Shown in pieces: positions 1-15,464 of a stretch of 64,000 bases of DNA; positions within the stretch are counted from its first letter, which is position 1, and each line of letters begins with the position of its first letter. Under the pieces are notes generated by a model that was not told where the DNA came from, made no database searches, and worked only from the letters and a program-made list of their open reading frames with translations. The position numbers were made by a program, and so were the translations under genes. The stretch spans positions 48,670,001 to 48,734,000 of the forward strand of contig CM022665.1 in the NCBI GenBank assembly GCA_012295275.1, in the 5' to 3' direction. This stretch comes from Chrysomallon squamiferum (taxonomy: Eukaryota > Animalia > Mollusca).

Positions 1-966
1 TTGTTACATATCTTGATTGTTACAGACAGTGATCTTAATAGTTACAAATATAAAGATTTGTTACCAATACAACAAACTGCAGATATATATCAGTGTTACC
101 ATTCTTGACCTTTATAAACTATAAACATGCTACCATCTACTCCTTATTTGAATGTTTAATGAAATAGTTGCTCTTCTTGTGTGTAACAAACAGGCATCAA
201 GTGTTTGTATAGAAGATGTGTATGTACTTTAGTCCAATAACAGAACCTTTTCGTCTCTGTTACATCCATTCACCAAGGTCTCTACAAAAGAATGGATCAC
301 TTTGTTGTTTTCCATAAATCACTAATATCTGCAGCAATATGACCACACCGATGTTGATCTATACACAAAACCTGCTTGTGTACAATTCTTAAATCACATA
401 TTTCATTTTTAAAAAAGAGGAGAAGAAGAAATTTCTGTGGTGACATGCAATGTTCGTGCAGTAAAGACAGAAGTTTTGTTCTCACGGACGTCATGTCATA
501 TTTACGTAGTCGTCAGACTAGAATAAATAATTTCGCACATATTTAATTTGAAACTGTTTTTGCAAATTATAATTATTCCATTCCATTAAAATTTACTATT
601 AAAATAATCTTTAAGAATAAGGAACATAAGTATTTGAAGAAATTAAATGTTCCTAAACAGCAAATGCTTTTCTGTTCCTTCAAAACAAATTTGATTTTAT
701 TTTATTTCAGTTCTTTAACATCTTTCTCCAGATTTAGACTTCTTGTTTGTCCTCTGCTGGTAAATTACCTATGTTGGTTTTGCTGTAATTTTTTATTTTT
801 TTAAATTTATTTATTGGTAAGGCACAGAATTAATACTTAATGAATAAAGATGTTTATCTCGGAAACATCTTGTCCTCATCCTGAAGATTTCCATGTCTTT
901 GATACAATTACAACAAATTATTTTTTCTTCATAAGAATGTCAGAGCTCAGATGGAACGAGGATTTT

Positions 967-2060
967 CTATTTCTTCTTTGTACTCTGTGGCTTCAGGCTG
1001 CTGCTGTTTGTTCTCACAAATGAGGGGGCTGATCTGGTGGAGGTTAGAGATTTTCTATATTTCATTGATGTAATTGAAGTCTTGGGAGTCTGAAAAGAAA
1101 ACTTCAGAACATTAATTTCATAAGATATATATTTTATGTGAATAATTTTAAAAGATGGTGTTGCCATATTCTGAAGAGGCCTTATGAGCAGGAATAAATC
1201 GGGAATAACTGATTTAATTTATTCCTGAATCCAGCCTAACATGCAAATACTTTCCCTCTCTCTGCAAGAGGTGATTATATGATATTCAGATGGCACAAAT
1301 AAAAAATTTAAATACATTTATGTTTAGGTAAGTGTGTTATTTGTTATTAACAACCAATTCATGCTAATGATAAAGTAATAAAATAAAATAATAAAATATA
1401 ACATCAGATAAACAAAAACAATAAAAGTCAAGCCCAACAGTATGTGATAACATGACAACTCTAGCAATGGTTAGCACTGAGTTTTGTTCATATTTCTAAG
1501 TGTGAAATAGTAAGATAAAATCAGAATTCCTAGCCTGCACATTAATTTTTGTGTAATTTTTTTATTAGCAAAAACAGGTTAGTGATTACCAAATAAAATA
1601 AAGCTTTGGGAAGTATTTAAAATATATTCAGGCATATTTAGCAAATTATTTAAAAAAAATAACAGAATGAAGCAAGACAACTTAAAACAGTGATCTAATT
1701 GTGAGCACTCTAAATAAAGTTTTAGTATTATTTTTTTATGTTTTTTTATTTTCAAAATTTTAAATGTTTTTTTAAGATTTTTTACCTAAGGAGACTAAAG
1801 TCATGGTTTACAGAGGAACAAATTATTGTAACTGAGGAATACATTTCTGTCAAACTTACTGGTAACTTAGAAGCAGATGGCGGATGTCGAGTATCACTGG
1901 GTTTAATGGTTGTTTTCTGAGTTCCACTGCTTTCAGGTACAACATCCAGCTGCAACATCAAACAGGTAATTAATGAACATTTATTTAACATCACATTACT
2001 CATTGTAAGCATGCCAATTTTGAAATCACCCACACACACAGACAGACAGACAAACAGACA

Positions 2061-2094
<34 letters not shown>

Positions 2095-5000
2095 TTGAAG
2101 AGCATAAAATAAACAGGGATTCTTTGCCTGTATTAAGGTCTTTCACACACACACGCACACGCACACGCACACGCTTGTATGTAGAGAATAACTGGTTAAG
2201 GTCTAAAGATATAAGCTTTATCTAATGAAAGTTAAGAATGGCACAATTTAACCTGAGCAGGATAAAGCTGAAATCTTAAGACTTGTTACTAGTTATCTCT
2301 ATTTTTCTGCAATCGTAAATGATACAAAAACTAAATCAACTGTTTTACTTCTCAAATCAACTGTTTTACTTCTCAAATCAACTGTTTTACTTCTCAAATC
2401 AACACTCTTGTGATTCACACACACTGATTTTTGTTGTCGCCTACAAAAACTATACATTGAAACAAAACAAACAACAAGAATTACTCACAGCTGTTTTGGA
2501 ACGTCGATTACTTGTATCACTCTGTGAAAGATGTAGAAAATTTTTAAATGATTTAATGTCATGCTATTAATTTATTATATCATACAAAATATTCACACCT
2601 AATATAAACAAAACATAAACAAATTATTATTTCCTCCAAATGATTATGTAACAAAATGAACATCTACACTTGATATTACATAAACGAAGTGCAGATATCA
2701 CACAGTGACTGACAGAAAAGAAGTTCAGTTATTTCGTACAGATATAGCACATATAACGTGCCAGTGCCATTTGAGAAAGGTGAGATGTAATCACCAGCTG
2801 ATCAGATTTATTATTTGAAATGTCTTCTCTCAGTTGATTATTTCTACAAAATTTCACAGGTCAATTTACCAAACACTGAACTGTGTGACAGTTTAAACTG
2901 TAAACAAATTAGCCTACCGTTCCTCTTGGTGGTAATGAAATGGAAACAGAGTTACTGCGACCTGAACTAGACGGCTTCGGATCTTCTGACTCTTTAACCT
3001 GAATCTCTACCACCTGAAGTTAATACATGAGTAGCAGTTAAGTATTAACTAATAAAAAAGTAACTTTTATGATATGAGAAAACTTGTATACAGATATAAA
3101 TACATTTAAAAAAAACAACATTTATGTATGCTTGTTCTCAGTCAACATAAATTATTATGAAAAACCTTAAAAATTTTGAAAGTTCATTTACTAAAGTGAA
3201 AAGATTGTACTGTAACCAAAGAAACAGAAACCTTTTCTTTTGACAATATCAATACACAGCAAGGTTTCTTATTCTTTTCTCTCTTTTTTTTCAGTTTGTT
3301 TCTTTTTGGTGTATGTTTGTAATAAAGTCTTGGTTTTTAATTTTTTTTTTTTTTTTTTTTTTTTTTTTGGAGCAAGTTTGTTGTTGTTGTTGTTTTTATG
3401 AAAGTTGTGCAGCAATTCCCATGTTTGTACCTGTTCAGAACATACCAATTTAAATTTTAATAATATTTTAAATTCATTTTTTAATTTTTTTTAGTTCTCT
3501 ATTATTTTTTACAAATCAGAATCTCATTAGTAACTTGTCAAAATAAACAGATCCATAAATAACATCAGAATAACAAAAATAAAGTTTAAAAACTGGCGTG
3601 TAATCTTTAAAGCCATTACCCTGATGTAAACAAGACCATGTGAAAAGACACGTTTCGCAGGACTGTGGTGATCAGGAAACTTACGTGCTCTCTGCTGTCT
3701 ACCGCCGTACTGTCCTCGCTTTCACAAAGCGCAACTTGTCCATTTACTGACAGCAAGTCATCGTCTGTTATTGGACAGTTCTCTCGTTTCAGCTCTGGTG
3801 CCCAACTCTTCATCATCTCCAGCACATTGCGAGGTTCACTGTCATCTGTCGTCTTGCCCTGACAGCGAAAAAATAAAATAAAATAAAATAAATATTAATA
3901 TACATAATCGAGCGGCATAAAGTAACATAATAACAGTTGTGTATCTGACTCTTTATACCATTTATACGTTTATACTATGAGGTAATTCCTACAAATTAGA
4001 TAAAAATAGTTTAGTACCTTAAAAATCTCACACATTCACAAATACAAACATGCCACATAACACCATCCTATACCCCCCACATATACACCATCCTATACCC
4101 CCCACACACACATGTACACCAATGCACAAGCATGCATGCATGCACACAGAGGCACTTTAGAAATGGCTGACTGACTAATGCACTGAATTTTAGTGACAAG
4201 TTGAAAAACACTAAATTATTTTTATTTTATCTCTTCCGGAGAATGTAATTATCCGTGCGTTAGCTCACAATTACCTGCAACTCTAATTAAAACCCCAAAC
4301 CAACTTATGGTGAAAAAAAAAAAAAAAAAAGCCCAAAACAATGTAAAAGAAAACTGCCGTGTATTTTGATCAGTTTAGAATATTAACACTGTGGGTATTA
4401 TTCTGTTGATGAAAGAATGTAGAAATACAGAATAAACATGTGACTTACAGTAAACCAAGGATGGTCAAAGACCTCAGCAGCAGACAGGCGATGGGCTGGG
4501 TCAGCTTTGAGCATTCCCTGGATACATTTCTTTGCTGCAGTCCACAAAAAAAATAAAAAATAAAAAATTATAAAGATTATTATAACACACCAGTGACATA
4601 TTTGTCACTGTTTTTATATTTCAAAAAGACAAAAAATGACAGGAAAAATTAATCAGTCAGTAATTTAAAAGAAACCCCAACTAATTAATGATTATTGCTA
4701 TGAAATAACTGAATATATCACTTACACTTTCGTACTGTATGAAGTGTAACTGAATTACAATCAAGTTAATGTCACTGGAGGGAGATAACCAGAAAAGAAC
4801 GTTATCTTACATATGCTAGCAAAACAGTAATAAATTAATTAGAAGTGAAAAACGAGGGAACAGTAAACACTACCTTCAGTGCTGATTGTGTTCCACACAT
4901 CTGCAGAAAAATCTATGTCAGCTTTCTTTATAAGCTCAGTGAGTGTTTCTTCATCTGGGGCTGGGAAAGGGGCATTTCCACACAGCCTATGAGAAAAAAC

Positions 5001-7254
5001 AACAAAGTTCTGACCATTATAACAGTAATCTATAATAAAAACAACAACACAACAACAATCACAAACAAATTTTTATTTAGTTTCAGAGCTATAAAAAAAA
5101 AATGCCTGTACGTTGTCCTTTTTTTAAGTTCATTTACCTGTTCTAATTAGAATCAGCTGCTATATATTATTAGTAAAAATAACATTGGAGTGGCAGTAGT
5201 AGTAGTAGTAGTAGCAGCAGTAGTGTAAACAATACTGGTATTAGTAACAGAATAGTTATGCTTGAATAATTACTAGTAATAGCAGCCTGTTATTAGCAGT
5301 AATAGTAGCCTGTTATTAGTAGTAAAGGTATTACTAGTAATGGTAATAGTAGCCTGTTATTATTAGTAAAGGTATTTCAAGTAATAGCAATCTGTTATTA
5401 TTAGTAAAGGTAATGCTAGTAATAATAACAGTAGAAATATTCTTGCTAATTGTAAAAGTAACGTAACACATTATTATTATTTTTTTTTTTTCAGGTAACA
5501 AACTGTGTCAATGTCAGCTCTGGTTTCAAACAAGACAAGACTGACTGGAGGTGTTTTTCTTGTTCTGACCACAGCTCATTAACTGGGTTATTACAAGCTA
5601 CTGTGATAATATGTAATACAGCTTTTCCTTGTTGCTGTGAAAAGTTGATTATTAACAGACGTTTTATACTCACAGTATATAAGCAATCACTCCCATTGCC
5701 CACACATCACACTGCTGACTGTAAGTTTTATTTTCTATAATTTCTGGAGCTGAAAATAAAAATAAAAATAAAAATAAAAATAAAAATAAAAATAAAAATA
5801 AAAAAAAATAAAAACAAAAACAAAAACAAAAACAAAAACAAAAACAAAAATAAAAATAGAAAACCTATTTGAAAACTTTTAATTTTAATTTTTTAAATTT
5901 TTAAATCATTTTAGTTCCCCACATGTTTATATGTTTTAAATAAAATCATAAATAGTTATGTTCTACATTTGGACAACAACAAAAATGTTCAACTGATAAT
6001 CTCTTACTTTGTTTATCTGGAAATATTACAATCATTTCATAAAAGTTTACAAAAATAACACACAGTGGGGAAGCAAAAAGAAAGAAAAAATTACCAAGAT
6101 CACTAAATTATCAGTTATCTTTCAAATAAATTGTAAAAAACAGAGAAGACTTTTTTGTCTGATTTGATATTTACATACAGATTATATTTATCATTTCTTG
6201 TGAAACATATGACAGTATTTAGAGAAAAGTCATAAAAACTAGCAATAAGAAAAAATATAATCAAATTCCAAAATGTTCTGTTTACAACAAAATGGTCTAA
6301 ACTGAAGAAAAGATGGTATTTTATATTAATAAATATATAATTTAACAAATATTTTGGGGTAGTCTATCGAATCTTACCCATATACATAGGAGTCCCACAA
6401 AAATCCTGCATCATATTGTCAAAACCTTGTCCCCCTTTCACTACAGACAGTCCAAAATCAGTCAACTGGAAAACAATTTTTTTTTTTTTCTTCACAATGT
6501 GTGACCAGTGGAATATTACGTTTATATCAAATATGAAATAGAAATTTGTAGGAAGCATTGTCTCTCATAAAATAATAATAATAATAATAAAACAGATCAG
6601 ACAATGAAGTAATAAAATATAAAATGTATTTAGTAACACTGACAGGTGCAAAACTGGATGTGCATAATCAGTTAAAGTCAGCAAAAACAGATGAATTTAC
6701 AATTAACATTTATCAAACTGCCTCTGACACACAAAACATGAAATTTAGATATGTTATATTTGTTAGGATTTATTTTTGCTTTGTGTATTGAATGCTATAT
6801 CTATTTACTGTACCTTGATATGCAGCATGTCATTTTCATCTTCTGGATTCTGACTTAGTAATATATTTTCTAATTTTATATCTCGGTGTACTATGTCTAC
6901 AAATAAAACAAAGAAACTTGTCTTTTTACGTAAGCAACATAAAGTTTAAATATTTGACAACTATATACAAAACAAATAAAAAATAAATAAATAAATAAAA
7001 AAATAAAAATGAATAATAATCAATGATTACTAAAATTGTGGTAACTGGTAGAACTTACAATATTAATAGTAAACTATGGTACTTAAAACACACACAAATA
7101 TGCACATCCAAACATTATTTACTTATGTTGTTTTTTTTGCCTCTAGACCAGTTTTTTTCTATCACTTTCATTTTAAAATAACAAGCTTATTTTATTTCAT
7201 ACTACTTGCAATTTTATTTTTATTATTATTTATTTATTTACTTTATTATTGTTA

Positions 7255-7289
<35 letters not shown>

Positions 7290-8933
7290 TTTTTTTTTTC
7301 TTTATGTTAATATTTTAATATTTCAATAAACTTGTTCCAAAAATCTAAAAATTTACAAAATGTAATTAATAGCTTGTCATTTGTATGTAGTATACTATGA
7401 AGAGTTTATTTCACAGTTTATAAGTATATATCTCAGTAAAACATCACATTTCATACCACTGGTAACCAACATCGGTTTAGAAATTTAATTAGTCTAAATA
7501 CATAATTTCTCGGGAACGTATACAAAATACATTTACCATTTTTATGTAGATAGGAAACAGCACTCGACAGTTTCTGCATGATTGTTTTTACTTCTTGCTC
7601 TGTAAAATACACCTTTTGTTTGAGAGCATCAGCCAATTCTCCTCCTTCACACAGCTCTAACACTAGGAACATTCGCTGAAATATTTTTATACGCTTGCTG
7701 TATACCAGAAACATACGTACATCTACTATATAGCAGAAACACACACACATCTACTATATAGCAGAATATTTGTATATATCTACTACGTATCAAAAACACA
7801 TATCTATTATATACCAGAAATATACACTGTGTGTTTAGTGTGTGTGTGTACATACATATATACATATACATATATACACTTATACACATATATGTATATA
7901 TATATGTGTGTGTGTGTATATATATATATATATGTATGTGCTCCACACAAACACACATATACACAAACATCTATTACATACCAGTAACATACACTAAAAT
8001 ATTACTGTACATCTATACACCAGAAATTTAGACTGAAATATTACTGTACATCTATTATACACCAGAAATTTACACTGAAATATTACTGTACATCTATTAT
8101 ACACCAGAAGTTTACACTGAAATATTACTGTACATCTAGTACCCACCAGAAAAAACACAAACTATTTGTATATGTTTACAAGAAACATACACATATCCAA
8201 CATTCTACCATTATTTACTGTAACAGAAATATTTTTATACAGTTATTATCACCTACAATATACCATAAACACAGATATATATTTAAGGTTTCACCAACAT
8301 TTACTGGATTCACCAGAAACACAAAGTATATACAAGTGTACACACCTAAACATTTCCAAATTATTACCAGAACATTTTACTGATGTTAACAAGTGTGGAT
8401 ATGTGACTTGGTGAATTACCTTTGGAGATTCAATAACTTCATTTAGTTCTATTATATTTGGATGTCTAACTCGCTTTAATATAGAAACTTCTCGTTCCAT
8501 CAACTTCAGACCTGTAGTTCCAGCCTGCAAAACACAAAGAAATTTTAAAGAACCCACCTCAAAAAAAGAATTTATGCTGATCCCATTGAATCTGGTGAGG
8601 GTTTTCTTACTAACCTATCCCCAAACAAATACATTTTCAAAATTATTTTATGTTAAGATTTTTAAATTAAAATATTTATGCCAATTTTTTATTTTTATTT
8701 TTATTTTAATAAATCCACTGTTTTACTAAACGCAGGTTTACCTTTTCTTTGCTGATACTCTTGATTGCCCACTTCTCATTTGTCTCACGATGTATGCCTT
8801 CGTGCACTTTCCCAAAACTGCCTTCACCAAGTTTTTTACCCACAATGTACATGTCCCTGATGGCATTGTCGTCTGGGATGCGCGTGTGCACGATGGTTTT
8901 CTCTATGGTGATTTTTGATGAACTTGTAATCAT
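967..8933 (-). CDS. STK33: Serine/threonine kinase 33 (CAMK group), 13 coding exons, ~465 aa
   Basis: Exons 8742-8933, 8420-8524, 7537-7675, 6814-6896, 6378-6465, 5674-5749, 4874-4986, 4449-4534, 3685-3858, 2918-3013, 2489-2521, 1860-1949, 967-1089, all GT-AG with consistent phase. Translation has GEGSFG, WAIK, HRDIKLEN, DFG, CGTPMYMAPE, YSQQCDVW, DPAHR, plus STK33-typical HTRI..., KEKAG and NVLEMMK.W segments. In-frame TAA lies upstream of the ATG at 8933. Confidence 0.93.
2333..2404. repeat. 21-bp tandem repeat x3
   Basis: AAATCAACTGTTTTACTTCTC repeated. Confidence 0.9.
5752..5860. repeat. (AAAAT)n(AAAAC)n pentanucleotide tract forming the polypyrimidine tract of an STK33 acceptor
   Basis: Directly abuts the minus-strand AG at 5750-5751. 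Confidence 0.85.
7695..8160. repeat. Degenerate ~43-bp minisatellite mixed with (TA/TG)n
   Basis: ACACCAGAAATTTACACTGAAATATTACTGTACATCTATTAT-like units. Confidence 0.75.
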
Positions 8934-9546
8934 TTTGGCTCTTCTAGTTTAATTATGTGTGCATCTGTAAAACAGATATTATTTCTCTGAGTCAAGGGAT
9001 ATTTTTGTTTAATGTCATGGATTTTTTTTTATTAACCTGTTAGGTATAGAAAGAAAACTTTTTTAAATAATAAGAACGAAATTTGTTCCTTCACGCAAAT
9101 GTCTTGACAACTGAACAGGATGGGAAAATTAACATATATTTCACTGAAAAGAAATTACTTTGGCTTTGGTAAAATGATTAATTATAATATTAGATTACAA
9201 AGAAAATAACAAAAAATGACAACACGGAGATTTGATCCTGGAACTGATACATTTTCACTTCTTTTCAAAAACAAACAACCTCTAAGAATAAATAATGACA
9301 ATATTGGAGAAAAATGAAAACAGCAGCGAGTGTTGATTTTCATTTTAAATATAGTTTCCCATAGAAACTTGTGATTAGAGGAGAAAGTCTGTGAGTAAGA
9401 ACCAGCTCATTAAGTCCTGTGATAAGACTTCTTTAGTGACCCAGGACACTGTATCATAATTAGCAGACTGCAATGAATAATTCTAAATTGAGGGAAAAAC
9501 AATATAATGTCAGTGGGAAATATTTATTTACACACCTAATCCAAAA

Positions 9547-9583
<37 letters not shown>

Positions 9584-11174
9584 ATAATAATAATAATAAA
9601 TAAAAAAATAAAAAAATAAATAAATTACAGAAAGGTTTCTCTAACCCAGTTGCAAACATAACTTCACTGTACAAATAAAGTGTAGCATGCTATGCAGACG
9701 TCTGAAAGAAACAAATAAATCAGTTAAGACTGCCTCCCTGTACAAGATTTAGTCATTTGTTAAGTGGTAAAATAAAGCCTGAGCACATTTCAGTGCTGAT
9801 CGCTGTGTTATTTTGTTACAGCCAGGCACTGTCATGCACGACTAGAACCAGTGGCCAGATCCTGCCTGATAATCCAGTGGGACTTGTTCTGTTTACAGTG
9901 GAAAGAGCCAATCCACTGGTTGCCACTTGGAGATTAGAACTTGCAAGCAGCACAGTGTCGACTTCCCACACCCCAGTGAGTTACTAATCTGCCTCATTCC
10001 TGGCATGTAGCAGCATGACACAGAGGCATTGAGCATTCAGTACGTCTGCACAATGTACATGTATTCATACACAATTCACCTTTCTAAATCATAACAGTAA
10101 GCATTATTCTGCAATACATACACACTCAAAAAATACTCATCAAATGTGAGCATTTTAACTGCAGTGACACAAAGTTCAGACTCGTATGCAGCGATATAAA
10201 TTTGTTGTGTGTTTGAAAAATGCATGAAAAATTCTTCATGATCCAGTCAGTAAGTAGCTGTTAATGTTTTTATTTTCTTCAACAACTCAATTACTCTTTA
10301 TGGGCAATATGAAAATCTTAAAAAAAAAAGTTTTAAAAAGGTAAAGAAAAACCTTTTTTCTTTCAGTATAATTTGTATGCATGACATAACCCACTGTTGT
10401 CATGGATACTGACGAGGTTTTAGTGCAAAGTTAAATGCCTGCCTGGTACTAACTATTCTAAAATCTGGTAACTTAAAAATTCACAAACATATGGCACCTG
10501 GTATTTTGTTTTTTAAGGGACTGTCAATCTGTAGTAGCTAATTTGAAGATTAATTTTGAAACTGCTATAGTCCTACACACTCAAAATACAAGTTTGTAAA
10601 TTAATTCTGCAGTACACCAAAATACATGATTAAATGTTATCAATCCTTTGGTCTTTTGAAATGCTTTTTTTTTTTTTTTGTTCAGTATTTATTATCTATT
10701 TCTTTGAAAAATGAATTGTTTGGCACATGTCCATAAAGGTGTTTAAATATACAGAAGTAATTTAGTACCTGTCTTCAAGTACACTGGAAATATACACTAT
10801 TTGATATTGTTCATGCCATGAACAGAACTACAGTCTCTATCTGTAACTGATCTCTTAATTCAAACAAAGCACACAATAGTTAATAACAGTCACAGCAATA
10901 AATATAATTCAGTGTCAGTTATTTAATGCAATCTGTTTTAAAAATATGTTTGATATCGGTAACCTACCATACTGAAAATAAACTAGGACAAAATCCCACT
11001 GAAACAAAATGCTGATGAAACCCCATTAGGCAAAACTCAACCTGGAAAGAACCCCAGTTTTGGACAAAACCCCACTTACAAACATTTTCTTTGTCTGTGT
11101 GAGGTTTTGTTCAAGTGGATTGTTTGTGGGTTTTTTTCTCAATGGGGTTATAACCAGGGGATTATGGAAATTTA

Positions 11175-11630
11175 CCATTGAAAAAATATATATTGATATC
11201 AATCATGTAACATGCTAAAAATATTCACTGATATGAGTCATTTAAGATACTGAAAATATAATCTGATATTAGTCATTTAAGATACTGAAAATATAATCTG
11301 ATATTAGTCATTTGAAATACTGAAAATACATACTGATATCAGTCATTTGATATACTGAAAATATATACTGATATGTGTCATCTAATGTACTGAAAATACA
11401 TACTGGTATCTGTCATCTAAAATACCGAAAATATAATTATACTGACATCAGTCATTTAACATACTGAAAAAATATATTGGTATGTGTCATTTAACACTGT
11501 GAAAATATACACTGATATTACTCTATTAATATACTGAAAATATATATTAATTTGGTCGTTTAACATACTGAAAATATGTATTGATATCAGTCATTTAAAC
11601 ACACTGAAAAGATATACTGAAAGCAGCCAT
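11175..11630. repeat. ~35-bp minisatellite, about 12 degenerate copies
   Basis: TACTGAAAATATATACTGATATCAGTCATTTAA-like units. Confidence 0.85.
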
Positions 11631-12319
11631 TAGTGTTATTTAAAATGTTCATCTTAATAACAATACTTAATTTTATTTCTACTTTATTTTCCTTCACGAC
11701 AGTTATGTTGTTCATTGCACCCTTTCAGTGATAAATGAAAGAAGAAAGTTAAAAATGTATGTAATACATTTTTTTTTCAAGTCGTTATGGCATGTTCATT
11801 ATGTTCAACTTGAAACTGGATATGGTGCTCACAGTACAACTGCTCTACAAAGTGATTCCAATGCAATGAAGCGGCCCAAACCTTTAACTCCGTCTTATGC
11901 CAATCTAATGAAGCGTCCGAACCTCTTAACTGAGTCCCATACATGAAGATTCTATTTTGTTTGCTCTATAATAGTGATTTGATGAGACATGCTCTGGTAA
12001 ACAGGTTCAAGTTGTGGACAGATAATAAACCACAGCAGTTTGCCACCACCACTGGCTTACACTCTACAGAGACAGTCGTGTCTCGGAATCAATAGAATCC
12101 ATGTTCATTTTTGTAATATCACTCAGCCTGCTTTGCTGGTCACAAATAAAAGAAAACGATAACCAGTGCTGACCAATATCTAACCTGGTCATAAAAACGG
12201 AGAGGAAAAATAAAATCGTTAGACCAAGGTGTCAGGTGAATAAACAAATGCGATATTTTCATTTAAGACGGCTGAACCAGAAATTACATTCAAAATGAAA
12301 ATGCTAATAAACGACAATC

Positions 12320-12372
<53 letters not shown>

Positions 12373-12851
12373 ACAATAATAATAATAATAATAACTCAAG
12401 ATATATTTTAAATCTCAAAACTACTGGTGTAATTTCACTGAAATCAAAGCAGCTTCTGTTTTAAGGAGATCAATAAATACAGCCATTTTAGAAGCAGTTA
12501 ATTTGAGACATTAAACAAGTCATGGACAAGTTAAATCAAGTCACAGAAGACTGTGAAGTGTCCTCACACTATTGTCCGGGCGAAGCACTCAGAATGACAG
12601 CAGCTCAAAGACCCAAGTGATTCTGTCACTCTGTGCTGCCAAAGAATGTGAAAAAAAAATAAATAAAAAAAAAAAACCTTTTTTTTTTTTTCTGAGTCAA
12701 ATGCACCCAGTCACTTCATGCTGATATGGGAAAAGAAAAAAGCAATTGATTTTTAAGCCGTATATCACGCTGTATTCAAACAGCCACTACAGCTCACTTT
12801 GTATACAACTTTGTAAGTTTTGCAAAGCAAGGAAGTGCTAAAAATACTTAC

Positions 12852-15423
12852 ACATACTCGAGTGAAAGCCGTTTAAGTATTGTTTGCTGTCCACGTTATC
12901 AGATGGCCTTGCATCAACAGCCTGTCATAAATATGATCCTTAAAACTTCCTTGCCATTCAGAGTAGTACTCGGGTGTTAAGTAAAAGCCATATTCTTTAG
13001 AAAGAGTATAGGCTGCTTTTATCATCATTCACTTACTTCAAGACATATGTTTGAAATGCAAAAATTTAAATTGCTAAAAATTTAAATGGTTTAAGTAAGC
13101 ACAACCAGGTGTATTCTCTTTACTAATAATGATTATGATGATGATGATGATGATGGACAGTGAGATTTCTAATACCCTGATACACTGGTTCCTAATTTGT
13201 CAACCAGTCATCCTAGGTCATATAATAATAATTTTACCGATAAGAACTCACAAAAGTAATTAAATATGAGATAGACAGAGGTTAAATGGTTTTGTAAAAT
13301 TAACTATGCAAGAAGGTCAGACAGGAAATTCTAAATTTAAAACAATCAAGCAAACAAATTAAAACAAAATAGACAGGATGCGAAGCTCATTACCTAATTA
13401 TAATTTAATTTAACATTTACTGTAAACTACACGTTTTGACACATACATGACATGAAAGAAAGGAAACAATAGTTATGATAAGAAAGAAAGAAAAAAAAAA
13501 CGTAAATTAACATGTCACTTTTACATATTTTCTCCTGTTTTTATTTTTTGTTTTTAGAACATGCTGAGTAAGCGGCATACATTTACCAGTTACAGTAAAA
13601 TATGGGCGGTCCGATACTATTACCAACAGAAAATATCAAACTCATGCCAATCATCATCAAAGCCATTATATTTAAGTACATTACTGAGAGGCAAACCACT
13701 AGGACAATTTGGAGCTGATTTATTATTTACTTATCCAATATACTGCTGCACATGAACGGATAAATAATTAATAAACAGTTTTTAATGATGATCTATTTTT
13801 AATTGCCCCAGATTGGTTTTGTAACACAATGCCAAGTCAGTGTTCCAGTAAAGCCATAAATCCATAAACCATACAAAGTTTTGTAATACTTTAACAAAAC
13901 AAAATTTACAGAAATTATTTAGTACTGGACATACATGTGTTAGATTTTTTTTTTTTTTTATAGTATATGTGTGTGTGCGTGTTTCATTATGAGTAAAATA
14001 CTAATTAAAATCAACATATTAAATTTAGGACTAGGTTAACATTAGTTAACATTAATATTATTACTATTATTATTAAAGCAATATTTATATGAAAACCTAG
14101 GTAACATTTTAACCAGAAAAAAAATCAGAAAATAAAAATCTGGAAATGATAACTACAAATCATTTTTTCATAGTAAATTATTCTCAAACAAAATCCTTTT
14201 GATTATCATTTCTATAAATTGTACATAATACAGTAAATAGTAATTGTATAATTATTTGAAGATTTAACATTGTTCAGATATCATGAAAAAACATTGAAAC
14301 AAAATCAACAAATAAAATGTTTACAGCTTGTTTCAACCTTAAATCCTTTCTTCAAATGAAAGAAAAATAATTTTAACTGTGTTAAGTTAGTCAAAGAAAC
14401 AATCTAAGTTACTTTTTACATTGTTTCCAGTTTCAATTAGTAACAAAGTTTAAGTATCAGGTGTGTAACATTATTGTAAGCCTATACTGACATGAATTTC
14501 AATATGAAGTTGTTTTGAGTAGGGAAGGTTTCTATGTTTAAACAGAAATACTGGAATTTCACTTTTTAAACTAATTGAAAAAAAAATTAATTAATAAAAT
14601 ATATATAAAAATATATATATATTTAAAAATTATAATAAAACTGAAACACAGTATTTAGTTATTCATCATGACACATTTAGCAAACAGACAATTTATAAAA
14701 TAATAAATAACATTAAGATGAATTATGTTCATAGTATGATGCAAAATCATTTTTAATTGGGTTTAGTGATCTCTTATAGGCTACAGCCAATAAAAAAATA
14801 AAAAAATAAAAAAAAAAAAAAAAAAAAAAAATAAAATAAATAAAATAAATAAAACCAGCATGAAATAAAAAATAAAAAAATAAAATCTATCACTAAAATA
14901 GTATTGTATCTGTAGTGATCCCAGTCCAATTACAATAGTTGATGCCATTTTTATCAAAACAAATGGAGATGTAAGTATAAGGGTTATGCTTTCACATGTT
15001 AGATGATTTAACTTACATGAAAAATGTTATGCAGCAAATGACATATACAATAATCATTTTTAATTTTTTTTTTCACATTATTCACAAGTTCGTTATTTTT
15101 TGTCAACAAAAACATATTCATGTTAAAGGTTTTCATATGCAAAATTGTTTAAATCAGTCCATCAAAATATGATGAGATTTATAATTTCTACAGCTATCAT
15201 ATAACAAAAACTACAATTTAGAAAGATAAACAAAATGAGGCAACGAGTACCCCCAAAAAATAAAGCTATAACTTTTTATTATTATTATTATTATTACATT
15301 TTTTCTAATTTTCTAAAAAATTTAACCATTTATACTCTAAATAAATAATTCTTTATATTTAATATTCCTTTTTAAAGTAACTAATAAATTGAGTGGCTTA
15401 CAATATAATAAAAATAAAAATAA

Positions 15424-15464
<41 letters not shown>

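Noticed and set aside
297-494. 65-aa minus-strand ORF
   Set aside because: Lies in the presumptive STK33 3' UTR/downstream region; no homology cue or supporting splice structure.
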